This document shows positions 27,594 through 44,860 of a DNA stretch of 64,000 nucleotides, piece after piece. Source of the DNA: the human T2T-CHM13v2.0 reference genome, Homo sapiens; NCBI GenBank assembly GCA_009914755.4, contig CP068257.2, positions 9,440,001 through 9,504,000 on the forward strand, read 5' to 3'. Within the stretch, counting starts at the first letter, position 1, and each line of letters starts with the position of its first letter. The translations under genes were made by a program, and so were the position numbers. The notes beneath the pieces are model-generated. The model was not told the origin of the DNA and ran no database searches. It was given only the letters and a program-made list of their open reading frames with translations.

Positions 27594-27755
27594 ATTATAG
27601 CATATACTCGAATGCGTCTTAAAGTATTTATAAAGGTAATACTCATTGTATTTACTTATTTGACTTTTTAATTAGATTATAAAATCCAGTTACCTTTTAG
27701 TATGCTCAAAATTGTGTCAAATAATATTAATCCTTGAGTTAATTATACATTATAA

Positions 27756-28123
<368 letters not shown>

Positions 28124-31108
28124 TCAATTTTTCAATTGTATTTTCACTTTTCTCTTTTTATGCCTACCTAAATTTGTTACTATAATTGAATTTGTCATTT
28201 AGGAGTGAACATTTGTTTAAGAAAATGTAATCTTTTTCATCAGCATACTCAATATTTCAATTTTCCATTATAGATTATAAGAATAAATCTTTAGGTAATA
28301 TAGGCAAACAAAATTTAATATATAGAATTAGTTTCTTACACGATTGGAGAGTTGGTGGAGCAGGTCTTGGGCTGATCTTCTAAATGATTGCTAGAACTCC
28401 TCCAGAAAAACGACAGAGCTGAGACTGTTGTTCCTTTTGCCATGACTGAGAAGCTGGAGAATCAGGATCTCCTGTGCAACCACTGGCACTAAAATTATGC
28501 TAACTTTGCTATTTGTTTTTTTCCCAGTTTCAAAGTTTATCTTATTAACTTAAAATTTAAACAAAATTGTTAGTCTAAACATCATTAAATGTACTCATGG
28601 GAAACATATTTACATAGAGAATAATAAAATAATTTTTTGTAACTTGAGGCACATTGTCCATTTTACAAATGTACTTTTAGAAAAACTGCTTTGAGAAACA
28701 ATAATTTTTTCTGTCATCCTTCATAAAAGCTAGACAAACATTTCTAATCAAATTTCTTTTTTTTTTCTACTTTGATGTGGAAGCTGGGAAGCTCGAATGT
28801 TTGCATTTTAATTTAACAATACAAAGAAAAAATTCATCTGTTTCTCTCTACATTGTTGGCCTTAGACTTACTGTAGCAGCCTCCATTCATATCTCTTACA
28901 GGGGTACCTTATAGTTTCATATCAGGTCATTCCTGTTCCTCTTTCCTTTTGTGATGCACCTCTTCTTGCTAAAGATTTTGGTCACTATCTTTTGTTTTGT
29001 GTTTACTTATTTTAGCTTGTATATAAGTTCTGTTCTACACAACATTTCTGATTTACATGGCAGGAAATGTGTGAAACAGCTTGCCACCTTCCTGACTGAT
29101 CTGGGCCTAAACTGTGCCCCTATACTGTGAATAAACAGTTGCATTCTCTAACACATATTTTATTTGATCCAAACAATACATTAGTCCAACTACCAAACAT
29201 ACATCTTAGATCCTCTGTAGCTATAACATTTTCAACAGTCATATTTATGGAATCCATCTCCCTCTGTTATGTTTTTACTGTTATCCAAATAGAGGAGATA
29301 GATATAAATGAACTCACACTGGTCAGCCAGGGACCACACAGTGGCTTAAAATATCTTAATCCAGGTATCTGCAGACTAACCCTAACCTAACAGTGAGTTG
29401 CTACCTTTGTTTTTTTTTTTCCTCTAAGCATTAAAATACTTCTGTCATAGCTGCTTGCTTCTTGATCATAGGATCTCAGCCATGGTTCATATTTGAATAA
29501 CACAGAATGTCGGCCACAGAACTAAGGACTGGACATTTGGTCCTTTGTGACTGTTGTTACAGGAAAGTAAATGGTTTTGTTACATTGCTTGTCAGGAAAA
29601 AGAATAGGAAGGCACCTTCTATCTCAGGCTCTTTTCCTTAAAGAAGGTAGGTTTAATGTAAAACCTGAATTGTGAGTAAGCCTGGGGATATCATTTTTAG
29701 CTGTTCCAAATTGAGCAAGTACTTAGTCAAACTACCAGAGTTTTGGAATATGCCTGAGTAAGCCAGTCTGAAATAGCCGATGGTCCAGCTTAAGACTATT
29801 CAATATCCATGCACCTGCCTTTTCTAAAGCTTAAACTTCAAAAGAGTAACAGTAACAAGTACATGATCCTGTCAAATATAATTCAAATATATGTTGCACA
29901 AATTAAAATGCAGTGGTCTTATCCAAAATAGGTATCCATGATATTCACTCCTCTTCAGCTTCAGTCTCAACTATGTCTTAATATCCTGAAATAAGATAAC
30001 AAATTATGAAGTTATTCAAACCAGCCTACCCTAAAAATGATGGGAAAAATGGAAGATAATAAGACAAACAATTATATACATGACAATGCAGAAGAGAAGA
30101 AAACCCAAGAATGTATTACATACTTAATTTTATAACTGATCATGGAACTGTGGATGGTATTTGTACCATTCTTTTTATATTATTCATTCCACACTTCTCT
30201 ATAGTATCCTAAATTATCCAAGTTTCCACAGCAAGAGCCCACTCTTCATGAACAGTGACCTTAGTTGTCTTGTCAAATTGGAGTTGTTTTAATCTTCCCT
30301 TAATGTTTACCACTTGACAGAAAATCCAAAAGGCATTTGAGGAGTCCAACTCCAGGCAGAAACCCTATGTGTAATCTTTCAGGCCTAACCATAGGCCATG
30401 ACAATGGCTTTACCTGGCAGGCCTCACTAGAGAAAGATACTCTCCCTATACCAGAATTGGCAAACAGCCAGTGCATTACAATGTCTAATGGGAGCTGCAG
30501 TCTAGGACTCATTCCCCGCTAGCCAACCATCCTCCTGTGCATGTCTGCCATTCAAGTCTCAGGCACCCCCATCTGAGCTATCCTTATTAGGGACCCTCAA
30601 TATAAAACCTTTGCAGAGAACTCCTTATGATAGGGAGAGAGGGATAAGGGAGAGGAGAAAGGGGAAACCTTGAAATCATTATTCTCTATTCTGAATCAGA
30701 ACTCAGTATTTTCCCATTCTTAGCGCTTCCTCCTCTTTCTGTCCCAAGGACCCAGGTCCATAAGATGAAAGGAGCTTTTTGTTCATGGCTCCTTGGTCAA
30801 AAGATCCTTGCTGAGAAAATTCCCACATCTGCATTTGTGCTGATCTACATGACCTTGGCCTGGAGCTGTTTCATGGGACAAAATGGAACATTGGAGGAGC
30901 TAGCGATCTTTCCTCTTTAGTTTCTTGCTTAAACTATCTCAGTTAGTAAAGATTTGACTGTTACTGTCATTTTGGCTTATTGTTTTAATTAGCTATTTCA
31001 ACTCCATGGCAGCTTAGCTCTTTACAGCATTCTGGAAAGTACATAGGATTCTAGACATTTTTACTGCTTTTGTTATATGAATTACATGTCTTCATAATAA
31101 GGAATTAA

Positions 31109-31417
31109 GGCTGGGAGTGGTCACTTGTAATCACAACACTTTGGGAGGCCAAGGCGGGTGGATCAACTGACTTCAGGAGTTTGAGACCAGCCTGGCCAAC
31201 GTGGTGAGAGAAATCCCATCTCTACTAAAAACGCAAAAATTAGCCAGGCATGGTAAAGTGCGCCTGTAGTCCCAGCTACTCAGGAGGCTGAGGCGGGAGA
31301 ATCACTTGAACCCGGGAGGCGAAGGTTGCAGTGAGCCGAGATGATAGTGCCATTTCACTCCAGCTTGGACGACAGAGCAAGACTCTGTCTCAATAACAAT
31401 AACAAGAATAATAAGGA
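31109..31417 (+). mobile_element. Alu (+) with (AATAAC)-like tail
   Basis: ggctgggagtggtcacttgtaatcacaacactttgggaggccaaggcgggtggatc... Confidence 0.9.
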
Positions 31418-31576
31418 TTTAATATCCAAACCATTCTTGTAACATATTTAATATTGCCATTCAGTGGTAAATAAAAATAATATACAATCATGCCCTGCCT
31501 AATAACAACATTTCGGTCAATGATGAACTACCTACAGAACAGTGGTCCCATAAGATTATAATGAGCCAAACAATTC

Positions 31577-31617
31577 ATATATATATATATATATGGAGAG
31601 AGGAGAGAGAGAAAGAG
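31577..31617. repeat. (AT)n followed by (GA)n-like simple repeat
   Basis: atatatatatatatatatggagagaggagagagagaaagag. Confidence 0.85.
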
Positions 31618-31855
31618 TTAACCATTAAACAGCCTCAGACAGGTCCTTGAGGAGGTATTCTATAAGGAAGCATTGTTATCTTAGAAGATGAAAGTTCCAT
31701 GCATGTTATTGCCCTGGAAGACCTTCCAGTGGGACAAGATATAAAGGCAGAAGACAGTAATATTGATAATCCTGACCCTGTGTAGGCCTCAGCTACTGTA
31801 TGTGTTTGTGTCTTATTAAGAAAATGTTTTAAAAGTAAATAATATAAATTTAAAA

Positions 31856-33373
<1,518 letters not shown>

Positions 33374-35404
33374 TTATTATTAGAGAAAAAATTGTTTTTA
33401 GAAATGTAATGTAGCCTAAGTGTACAGTGTTTATTAAGTCTACAGTAGTGTTCAGTAATGTCTAAAGACTTTGCTTTTTCTCACCACTCACTCACTGACT
33501 CATCCAGAGCAACTTCTAGGCCTGCAAGTGCCATTTATAGTAACCATCCTATACAGGTGTACAACTTTTTATTTTTTATACCATATCTTTTTATTGTATG
33601 TTTTCTATGTTTAGATATAAAGATGTTTATCATTGTGTTTCAGTTGGCTACATTATTTAATATAGTAACCTGACGTAAGGGCTTGTAGCCTAAAAGCAAT
33701 AACTTCTACCTTATTGCCGAAGTGTGTAGTAGGCTACACCATCTAGGTTTGTAAAAGGACACTATGATGTTCACCTAGGGAACACATTTCTCAGAATGAA
33801 TTCTCATCGTTAATCAACTCAAGACTGTACTTATAAGTGAATCCTCTGTCATTACTATAGTTCAGGTCACCTTAAGTTTCTTCTTGGACTTGCCAATGAA
33901 CTGTGGAATTAAGAAGCTCTCTGCCTACAGTCTTGTTTATCTATTGTAATCTGTTTCTTGTAGTCCCTATTTTAGATCTCATTAATGTCTTGTCACTTCC
34001 ATTAGAATAAATTATAAACACTTTGGATGGCCTGAAGACATTTGTAATTTATCCTAAACTCATCTCTACTCTCATCGCTTGACATCTCCCTCTTCTACCC
34101 ACACATATATATTTAAGCCCACGTAATTACTGCAATTACCCCAAATTCTGTACTTCTCACCAGTGTCTTGCAAAACCCACTCCAACTAACTAATAAGACT
34201 TTTCATTTAACTCTCCAGTTGTAGTTGATATTCTAGTTTCAAACTCTATTTTCTGTGTGAAGGCTGCACTGATATCACAATTTTGTTTCTTCAGTGTGAG
34301 CATTGGCAGCCTGTGGCCTATGGTTTTGGTACAGCCTGCAAGGTAATAATGGTTTTTAGAGATTTAAATGATTGAAACAATTTTTTAAAATAACATTTTG
34401 TAGCATATAACGATTGCATAAAGTAAAAACTGCAGTGTTTTCATAAATAACAAGGTTTTTTTTTTGGACACAAGATCATTCACTTACAGGTGGTCTATAG
34501 ATGTTTTCAGGCTATTATGTCAGAGTTGAGTGGTTGCAACAGAAACTGTATGATTGTCAAAGCCTAACATACTTAAAATCTGACGCTTTGTAGAAAAAGC
34601 TAACATTTGATCTAAAGTTTTCTGTAAAGATACATCTACATTATGTTTATCGTAATTTATATTTATTTATCTGCCTACTGGTTGCAGTTTTGAAAAACTA
34701 TAATCTTCCAGAAAATAGAAACTATAATATTTTTAATTAGACCTCAAGCAAAATTATTTTAAAATGTGGTCTCAATTTTTAAGAAAGTGGGGAAGAATGC
34801 TTTTTTTTCTTTTGTTAAACTTCTTTGCTTCCAGTCCAAGAAGTGACTGTCATTTATTTTTATCTTATTGCTTCCTTTCTCATATTAGCTTGATAAGAAG
34901 TAATGAAATAATATTCAGGTTTCTTAGTAGAGTCATGTTGTAAACATAGCTTTTTTTTCTAGCCACTCTCGAAAAATGGAAAGCCTCTGCTTTATGAGTC
35001 ACCTAATTAATGACATTGAATTATCTAGTAAGTGGACTCTTCAGTTTAATTAAATATCTTCATTAACTTTTCACTGCTTTTAAAAATAACATTTACACAT
35101 TTATGCAAATAGGTTCATCATGTGTCCTTAATCAGTTATTTAGCTTTGGTGCAGAGTTAATAATTCCAATATTTGTTCAAACTGAAGAAAATACAGGACT
35201 CAAAAAAGAAAGGATATTTTTATTCAGGTTTTGAGAAAATCACAAGTAAAACCCCCAACTTATTTATCAATAATTGTATGTTATATACATTTCCATATTT
35301 ACAATTTTGATAAAATAGTTATAATTAATATTTATCTTTAATAATTTAAATATTAGTTATGTATTTATTGGCTCATATTATTTAAATTATATATATATTT
35401 ATAT

Positions 35405-36513
35405 CATTTGCAGTCTGACAATGCAATAGAAAAAAAAACAAAACATTTTCTGAGAAGAAATTCAAGCCAGCTGCAGAAATGTGCATAAGTAACAAGAAGC
35501 CAAATCCTAATCATGAAGACAATGGGAAAAATGTCTCTAGGCCATGTCCTAGGTCTTCACAGCAGCCCCTCCCATCACAGACCCAGAGGCCTAGGAGGAA
35601 AAAATGTTCTCTGGGGACAGGCCCAGGGCCCCTCTCTGTGTGCAGTCTAGGGACTTGGTGCTCTACATCCCAGCCACTCCAGCTGTGACTAAAAGGGACC
35701 AAGGTGCAGCTTGGGCCATGGTGTCAGAGGTTGCAAGCCCCAAGCCTTGGCAGCATCCATGTGGAGTTGAGCCTGCATGTGCACAGAAGTCAAGAAGCAA
35801 GGCTTGGGAGCCTCAGCCTAGATTTCAGAGGATGTATGGAAATGCCTGGATGTCCAGGAAGAAGTTTACTGTGGGGGAGAGGGGGTGATCATGGAGAGCC
35901 TCTGCTAAGGAAGTGGGGAAGGGAAATGTGGGGTTGGAGCCCCACACAGAGTCCCCACTGAGGCGCTGCCTGTGTGAGAAGAGGACCACCATCTTCAAGA
36001 CCCCAGAATGGTAAATCCACTCACAGCTTGCATATGCACCTAAAAAAAACCTCAGATGCTCAACACCAGCCTGTGAAAGCAGCTAGGTGGGAACCGTACC
36101 TTTCAAAGCCACAGGGGCAGAGCTGCCCAAGGCCATGGGAGCCCACGTCTTGCATCAGCATGACCTGGATGTTAGACATGGAGTCAAAGGAGATCATTTT
36201 GAAGCGTTAAGATTCAACTGCCTTGCTGGAGTTTGGACTTGCATGGGGCCTGTAACCCCTTTGTTTTGGCCAATTTGTCCTGTTTGGAATGGGTATAGTT
36301 ACCCAATGCCTGTACCCCCATAGTATCAAGAAAGTAACTAACTTTCTTTTGATTTTACAGGCTTATAGGTGGAAGGGACTTGTCTCAGATGAGACTTTGG
36401 ACTGTGGACTTCTGAGTTAATGCTGAAATGAATTAAGACTTGAGGAACTGTTGGGAAGGTATGATTGGTTTTGAAACTTGAGGACACAACATTTAGAGGG
36501 GACACAGGCAAAA
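35405..36513 (+). mobile_element. ERVL-MaLR internal region (THE1/MST-int-like), 5' truncated
   Basis: ..tgcagtctgacaatgcaatagaaaaaaaaacaaaacattttctgagaagaaattcaagccagctgcagaaatgtgcataagtaacaagaagccaaatcc..ggaaaaatgtctctaggccatgtcctaggtcttcacagcagcccctcccatcacag.. Confidence 0.7.
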
Positions 36514-36879
36514 TAATATGGGTTGGCTCTGTGTCCCCACCCAAATCTCATCTTGAATTGTAGCTCCCATAATTGCCATGTGTTATGGAAGGACCTAGTG
36601 GGACATAATTGAATCATGGAGGCAGTTTCCCCTATACTGTCCTTGTGGTAGTCAGTAAGTCTCACACGACCTGATGGTTTTATAAGGGGTTTCTGCTTTT
36701 GCTTGGTTCCCATTCTCTCTCTTGCCTTTTGCCATGTAAGACATGACTTTTGCCTTCCACTATGATTGTGAGGTCTCCCCAGTCATGTGGAACTGTGAGT
36801 TCATTAAACCTCTTTTTCTTTATAATTTACCCAATCTCAGGTATGTCTTTATCAGCAGTGTGAAAACAGACTAATACAC
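36514..36879 (+). repeat. MaLR 3' LTR (THE1/MST-type)
   Basis: aatatgggttggctctgtgtccccacccaaatctcatcttgaattgtagctcccataattgcc.. ..gtcatgtggaactgtgagttcattaaacctctttttctttataatttacccaatctcaggtatgtctttatcagcagtgtgaaaacagactaatacac. Confidence 0.75.
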
Positions 36880-37082
36880 TGTCTTTAACATTTTTTCTAT
36901 TGTTTTGACCTTGGAAACTGATGATTATTTGTCTTCAAGATGATCTTTTTGTGGAGTATCTTACTGAAGTTCTCTGTATTTCTTGAATTTGAATGTTGAC
37001 CTCTCTATCTAGGTTAGGGAAGTTCTCATGGATGATATTTTGATCCATGAGATCAAAAATATCAAAAGCCAACTTTTGCTAA

Positions 37083-37539
<457 letters not shown>

Positions 37540-40500
37540 GCCATTCTTTAAGCTCTTAGATTGTTTCCTCCACATGGTCTATTCTGCTGTTAATACTTAT
37601 GATTGCATTGTGAAATTCTTGTAGTGTTTTTCAGCTCTATCAGGTTAGTTATGTTCTCTATACTGGCATTTTGTCTGCCAGGTCATGCAATGTTTTATTG
37701 TGATTTTTAGCTCTGTTGTATTGGCTTACAACATACTCCTATAGCTCTATGAATTTCATTACTGTTTATATTCTGAATGCTATTTCTGCCATTGCAGCCT
37801 CAGCCCTGTTCTGAACCCTGGCTGGAGAGGTGACGCAGTTATGTGGAGGTAGGAAGTTACTCTGGCTTTTTGAGTTTTCAGTATTCTTGCACTGATTCTT
37901 TCTCATCTTTGTGCACTTATCTAACTTCAGTCTTTGAGATTGCTTACCTTTGGACGATATTTTGTTTTCTTTCATCCTATTTGATGATGTCGAAGATTTG
38001 TTTGTGTTATAAGGTAGATTCAGCTGACTGGCTTCATTTCTGGGAGATTTTATGGCACAACACTCAGCTCCCAACTTCTGGACTGTGTGCTCTAACTCTG
38101 GGGGACTTGTATTAGGCCCCAGCTTTGTTCTCTTGTGTTGGGTCCATCCTGCACACTCTGGCTGAGCGACAAATGAAAAAAGTATTCAGACACAGTTATT
38201 TTGCCTGAGAATGCAGCTAGGGGACTGCACTGCTTAGCATCGCCAATGAGAGTACAGTCCCACTAAGCCAGAAAACTTTGTATTAATTTAGTACAGATTT
38301 GAAGACAAAGGCCTGGAGCAAACATAATTTGTGGGAAATTAACATTGTTGACCCCTGAGTAGAGAGCAGTCTTGCACATGAATGATCAGAGGTTGGTTTC
38401 CTGAGACATAAGTAAACCAATTTTTCTAGATATGTTTCTTTACATTCCCTTGTTATCTAACCTTTGCCCTTAAGAGAATTTAGCTGCCTTCAGCTAAATT
38501 ATTCTCCAAAGTTTTTGGCCTTCCAAAAAGGTTTGCATCTTTCCCTATAATTTTTCTTACATCTTCTCCCATCACCCTTGAGGCTGGAAATTAAAGAAAG
38601 AAAAGTAAAATTAAAAAGAGAAAGAAACAATCTTTCTGTATTAGGCTGACTCATCCCAAAGTCAGTAACAGGCAAAGCCCAGACCCAGGCAAAGTCTCAA
38701 TAGCATTATCTAAGAAGCTAGGGCTCAAAGAATGTGCTCTGGAGAGTCTCCCAGGGCTCCCTCAACATAGGGAGAAGAAAAACAAATTTTCCTTTCTCTT
38801 TTGCTTCTGTTATTCATCTAAGCAGCACAGTGAAGATCATGAGACACCTGAGCAGGCCTGGATTGCAGTCCCCTAGATGCCATAGCAAAGGTTATGAGAT
38901 AAGCCCATGCAAAGCACTGGAACAAGCCTAGATAACAGCTATCTGGGCTGCATAGCAAGAGTCATATGTAAGCCTGAGTTGTGAACTTGTTGTAGTATGA
39001 TTGACTGCCTTTGTTCTTCTTCTGTATCCTTGCTTTTGAATCATTATACTTTGCACCACTGTAAGCTTGTTTCAAGTTAGACCACCCCCTTTTAGAAGTG
39101 TGCATAAAAGGCAAGTGCTGTCTTTGTTCAGGGTCCAGTCTTTGGATATTAATCTGCTGGTTCTGAGTGCACTCAATAAAAATCCTTCTGTTTCACCTAC
39201 CAATCTCTCCAGTCTCCTGATTCCCACAACAACCTGATCGATCTCTTACACTGTGGCTCCTCGAGATTTGGAGTCCACTGTGCTGGGGATAGCAAACTGC
39301 AGTACCTGCAGCAAAGTATTAGTGGATATAGGGGTGTCTGCCTCTCTGCAGGTGTTCACCACAGTATTGGAGGCAAGGCAGCTGTTGGGGGAGCAAGGGC
39401 CTTCTGCTGGAGACAGAGTGCACTGCTGCACTGTAGGTGGTGATGGCTTGGGGTGGGGTGCTGGCCAGTGGAGGTCTTGGAGCCTTATCTGTGGTCTGCA
39501 AGCAGGAGCAATTGCTCAGGTTGTGGGGGGATCCCCTGCTCTGTGTGCAGCACAGCACAAGGGCAGGGCACTGGTGTAGATGGGGCTTGATGACTCTGTG
39601 CCCAACAAGGATCCATCTGCAGTGGTGGTTGGTGGGGCTTATGGGGGGTCACACTGCATTCCCATGTGCTGTTGAAGCAAGTAAAGCCCACCCATGCAGA
39701 TATATGCCAGCAAAGTGATGTGGGGAGATGTGGGCAGTTGCTGTCTCATATCAATTTTAATAAATCTTCTGATATTGTCTCAAATCTTGGAAACCTGTGT
39801 CAGCTCAAAAAGACTTCCTTGTATAAAACTGAAATGCTTCTACCTTTAAAATGTATATGTGATAGATTATTTATTCATAGTAGTTGAATTTAATGCAATT
39901 AATGTTGTAATGAATACAGGACATATTAATATGCTAAGAGTAGACTACTTAAATGTTTGTATTTTCAGTAACTCAAATATAAGCATGTCTATAAATGAAC
40001 TAAAACAGAATTTTGCCCAAATCACTCAAAAAATTAGTTAAATTGAATATGTTTAAAATATACTTAAATACTTTGTATATAATAGATTGTCAAGTAATTA
40101 AAATAATTTACATGTTTTATTTAGTTGTCCTCAACTTTAAAAATATATATCTACATATAATTTACATTATATTACTGACCACATGGCTAAATATGATAGT
40201 TTGGCAGAAATCAATTCATATTAATTATGAAAGACCTACTTTTGGCAAAAATATTTCTCAAGTTTGATATCAATTCTGACTCTATTATTGACATTGATGT
40301 TAAATGTAAACCTCTGTCCATATTCTTCCAGGGACAGAATATCATGAATTAGCATTTTTTTTTACTTATATATCACAGTATCACATACTCAGAAAGCTGT
40401 TTTGATAAAATACAACTTTATCAGTCATTGCCCAATACTGCAATTATATGTCACAAATGTATCTGTATAACCAAACGTAACATATGCAAATTTTTTTTGC

Positions 40501-40839
40501 TGATTATAATTAATGAATCAACCAAATGAGAAAAAAACTCTCAATTCGATATTGACTTAAACTTTCCAATTTACTAAAAGTGTTGGTAATATTTGTTTTA
40601 AATATTTAAATGTTTGAATCATATGAATATGTTAAATGAATAAATACTAATGGTATCTTTTACAAGCGGACACTTCAACATTTTGGAGAGGTAAGTGCAT
40701 ACATATTTTTTGTGTGTTCATTCACATATAAACAATCTGTGATTAACTTTGATCATACTCCTAAAAAGACTAGGATTTTTTTCTGTTTTGTTTATTTTTA
40801 TATAAAATTTACATAAAATAGGGTGAACAAATTTAAGTA

Positions 40840-42110
40840 ATATTTATAAGTTTTGACAAATGCATATACATATATAATTAAAATATAGTAATGTTTACTA
40901 TTATGTTGTAGTAACCATCATACCACAAAGTCCACTCATGTTCTTTCTCATTTAACTGCATCTCCATTCCCAAGACAACAACTATTCTATTTACAATAGA
41001 ATAGTTTTTGTCTTCCAGAAATCCATATGAATGGAACCATACAACATGTACTTTTGTGTACAGATTAGTTAAAATAATGTTTTTGATATCCATAAATGCT
41101 GTTGCATATATAAATAGTTGGTCTCTTTCAATAGGTAGGTGGTATTTTCTTGTGTGAATATACCAGATTTTTTTCTATTTGTTGTTGAACACATCAGCTT
41201 TATTATTTTGGGGTAATTAAAAGTTAATTCATTATTACAATTCTTATTCAAGTCTTTCTGTGGAGAAGAGTTTTTACTCCTTTTGAATAAGTGCTTAGGA
41301 GTGACTTGATTATAGGGAAGTTGGGTGGATGAATAATTAATTTTATAGAAAACAGCCAAATTGGTTTTCAAATAGTTGAAAATTTATTTAATTTAAATTG
41401 TCATTTTGTAAAAGTATTTTTAAACATATTTTTCTTTGGTAGGTTACAAGTGACAGTACATGTATAGTAGTTGAATATCTGCTGACATCTATATTTTTAC
41501 AAAAATAAATTCTGCTTTCATTCAAGTGCACAAATATGACCCAATAAATTTTCCTAATATCTCTTTCTAGTTAATACCTCTCATTAATGAAACAATCACT
41601 TTTCTCATATCTGCACCGTAGTTGTATCTGTTTTTGGAATTAAAACAGTATGCACTAATTTCTGCCTGGCATCTTTTGGTTCAACATGTGTTTGAGATTA
41701 ATTGTGTCATTGTGCGTATCAAAAGCTCATTAATTGTTAATTGGTGAAAGGTAATCTCTCTTGTGTGATTATGTCACACAATGTTTATCCGCTTTTCTTT
41801 GATAGACATTTAGAATTTTTCAAATTTTTGACTATCTTAAATAAAGTTTCCATATACATGTTTATACAACTTATGTTTTGGTTATGTTTTTTCTGATCGA
41901 GGGCCTGTAAACACCTTATAATGGAGTTCTTTGTCATAGTATAGGTGTATGCTTAACATTATGAGAAAACAAGACATTTCCAAAGAGTTTTCAGAAGTTT
42001 TTAAAACATTTTACATTTCTACCATCAAGGTATGAGAGTTCCAATAGCTCTAAATCCTTACAAAACTTTGTGCTGCCAGTCTCTGTCAATCTGTTAAAGA
42101 AATTTTAACG
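40840..42110 (-). mobile_element. Old L1 (L1M-type) 3' end, minus strand
   Basis: tttataagttttgacaaatgcatatacatat...ccatatgaatggaaccatacaacatgtacttttgtgtacagattag...; ..catttctaccatcaaggtatgagagttccaatagctc.. (rc of L1M 3' UTR/ORF2 end). Confidence 0.5.
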
Positions 42111-44548
42111 TAACTACAGTTTAATATAATGGAAGTTTTTGTTAATGTTATCTTTGTGAGTGCTGGATATTTTGTATTTCTGTACAAAATATGAGCTTTT
42201 TCTCTAGGACACAGTTAATTTGTTTAAAACCGCTTGATCCTTTTAGATACTTCTTTTATGATTTTTTGTTGCGTTCAACTCAGTACTCAGTTTAAATGTA
42301 ATTAATTTCTACCCCTGAGGCAAGACCTTTTAAATTGCTTTACCAAATGCACTGTGAATTTAGCTTTTTTCTTTCATTTGGCTGGCAAATACAGGTATAA
42401 TCCAGGTCATATGTGAATGTCAGGCACTTGTTTTTGTTGTTGTTATTGTTTGTTTGTTTTTAATCTTTGAAGATGCTTGTTTCCCTGGCAGTGAGCAGAT
42501 TACTCACATATATACACTAATCAGTATTCTGCTAAGCACTGAAAGGAGAACATCTGTAGATATCAGAGATTTCTCTCTTTGAATCTCTAGCTTCTCAGAC
42601 CTAGAAACTCTAGTTACCTTAGTCTCCTGGATTTCTTGGCTTTGTACAACTCTAGGAGCCCACTTTCTCTGCCCCACTGCTGGAAACTCTAGCCACTAAA
42701 TTAGGGCAGTAGCAGGGTTTAACTCCTTTGTTTTCTGTCTTTTGGGAATTAATTCATTCCCTCATATCCAGAGTATTGTATTTCTGTGGGTGTTTCCTTG
42801 ATTTTGTTTTTCAAGCAAGAAGATAAATCTAGTCTTCGGGTAGTCTTTCTTTAATAATTAGTGAGGGGTACTATTATACCTCATTACATATTTGTGTTTC
42901 TTCATTCAAAATATTTCTGTTCAGAGTAAATCCTGACATCAGAAGCAAGATATTCTGAATTATTTTAGGGTATTTTGAATTCAGGAACATTTCAAAATGG
43001 AGCAGCAGGCATGTTGATGGTATTTAACAATGTCATGTCTCATATTCTCTGAATATTGTCGAAGTGTGAAATTCTCTTAAGAGTCACTTGAGAGCATAAC
43101 AAAGCTAAGAGGTGGGCAATAAATATTAAATGTTCAAACTTGCCCTCTTCACATATTTAAACATAGCCTTTCTTTTCAGCTACTTCTAATACTCTTTTTA
43201 GAGTAAGTCATTAACTAGGAGGAATAACATCTTTGAAAAAGTGAAGCAGTGTAGGATAATGTTTCCCTTATGTTAAGTGTATCTGTTAGGTTTTCTGGTG
43301 TATTTTCAGTAGACTTCAATTAAAATATGTAAATAAAATGTTGTATAGTATCTTTCAAATATAGAATTCTGTTTTAATAAACATGTTTATCCAAACATAT
43401 CATGAAGTAATTATTATAATTAGGGTTGATCTATCTTTTCTTTATTTAATAAAATGATTAATAACATTAACTTTCTATTTTCAAAATTTAAAATATTATA
43501 TGTTAGCAGAGAGAACAATTTATAGTGATATGTACATTTTTTTCCATTAAGTACACTGGTATAGTTTAATAATAATGCCTAATAAGATCAATGGAATTAT
43601 TTCTTGTTCATTTATATGTCATTTACCTAATTATTCTCAAACTCAGAATGCAAAGGGAAATCAATTATGTTACTATGCCTTTGTCATAACTATTGCCTCA
43701 TAAATAGCATGCATTTAGCTACACACTTCATACTATTGCAATTCAAATATTGTGAAATACCAACTCAATTTACCATTGTTTTGTAATTTTTTGGAAATGA
43801 AAAATTTCTTGCCCACCTAAATGTAATCTTAACTAGAATGCTTTGGTAAACTTTCTTAACAAATTTTTCTTCATTATACTTACATGTATTTTGTGATATA
43901 ATACAATGTACATACAGTTTCAGTTATATCAGTTTTTAAGAAGATTTGTATTTTCCTCCCGATATAATGAAAATTGATTTGGCAGTGACTACTAGCATTA
44001 CAAAGGTGGTTGACATTTTAATAACTTGAATGAGAAAATCTGCAGCTCCATGTCTGTGTGTAGCAACACAAATACATTTTATCAAAAAAGAAAATAATTT
44101 GCCTGAACAGTTAACTGAAGTTAACATTATTTTTATTTTTAATCTTCAAGATTAAATCAGGATAAACAATACCACTATACTAAAAACATAATCAACATAC
44201 TTGATAGTTTTATATGTTAGGTAATAGATTTTTGATGTGAATACCTAAAATGGAAAAAAGTGAGTATTTTTAATTCTTGGATTCTAAAGCCTTTATAAGA
44301 TAAATGATTTCAAATTACTTCCTTCAAATGTAGCACAAATTTTGAACTTTATCAATTTATTTCCTTTATCTACAGAGGTGATCAAACTCTTGATTTTTTG
44401 GTTTAATCTTTACTAAAGGCTTATAGATTATATTATTTTTCTCAATTATTAAGTCTCCACTTGCATCAAAAAATGATGCATATCTACTTCTGTCAGGTAA
44501 AGGCAAATAATATTAATAGATATATAAATATTTTATAAAATCTTCTTA

Positions 44549-44860
<312 letters not shown>

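Noticed and set aside
35479-36323. ORFs 35479-35688, 35604-35888, 35704-35961, 36087-36323 as genes
   Set aside because: All lie within the MaLR internal region (THE1/MST-int), a non-autonomous ERVL-derived element with no known coding capacity. The same ORFs recur in reverse at 55499-55849 in the other MaLR copy.
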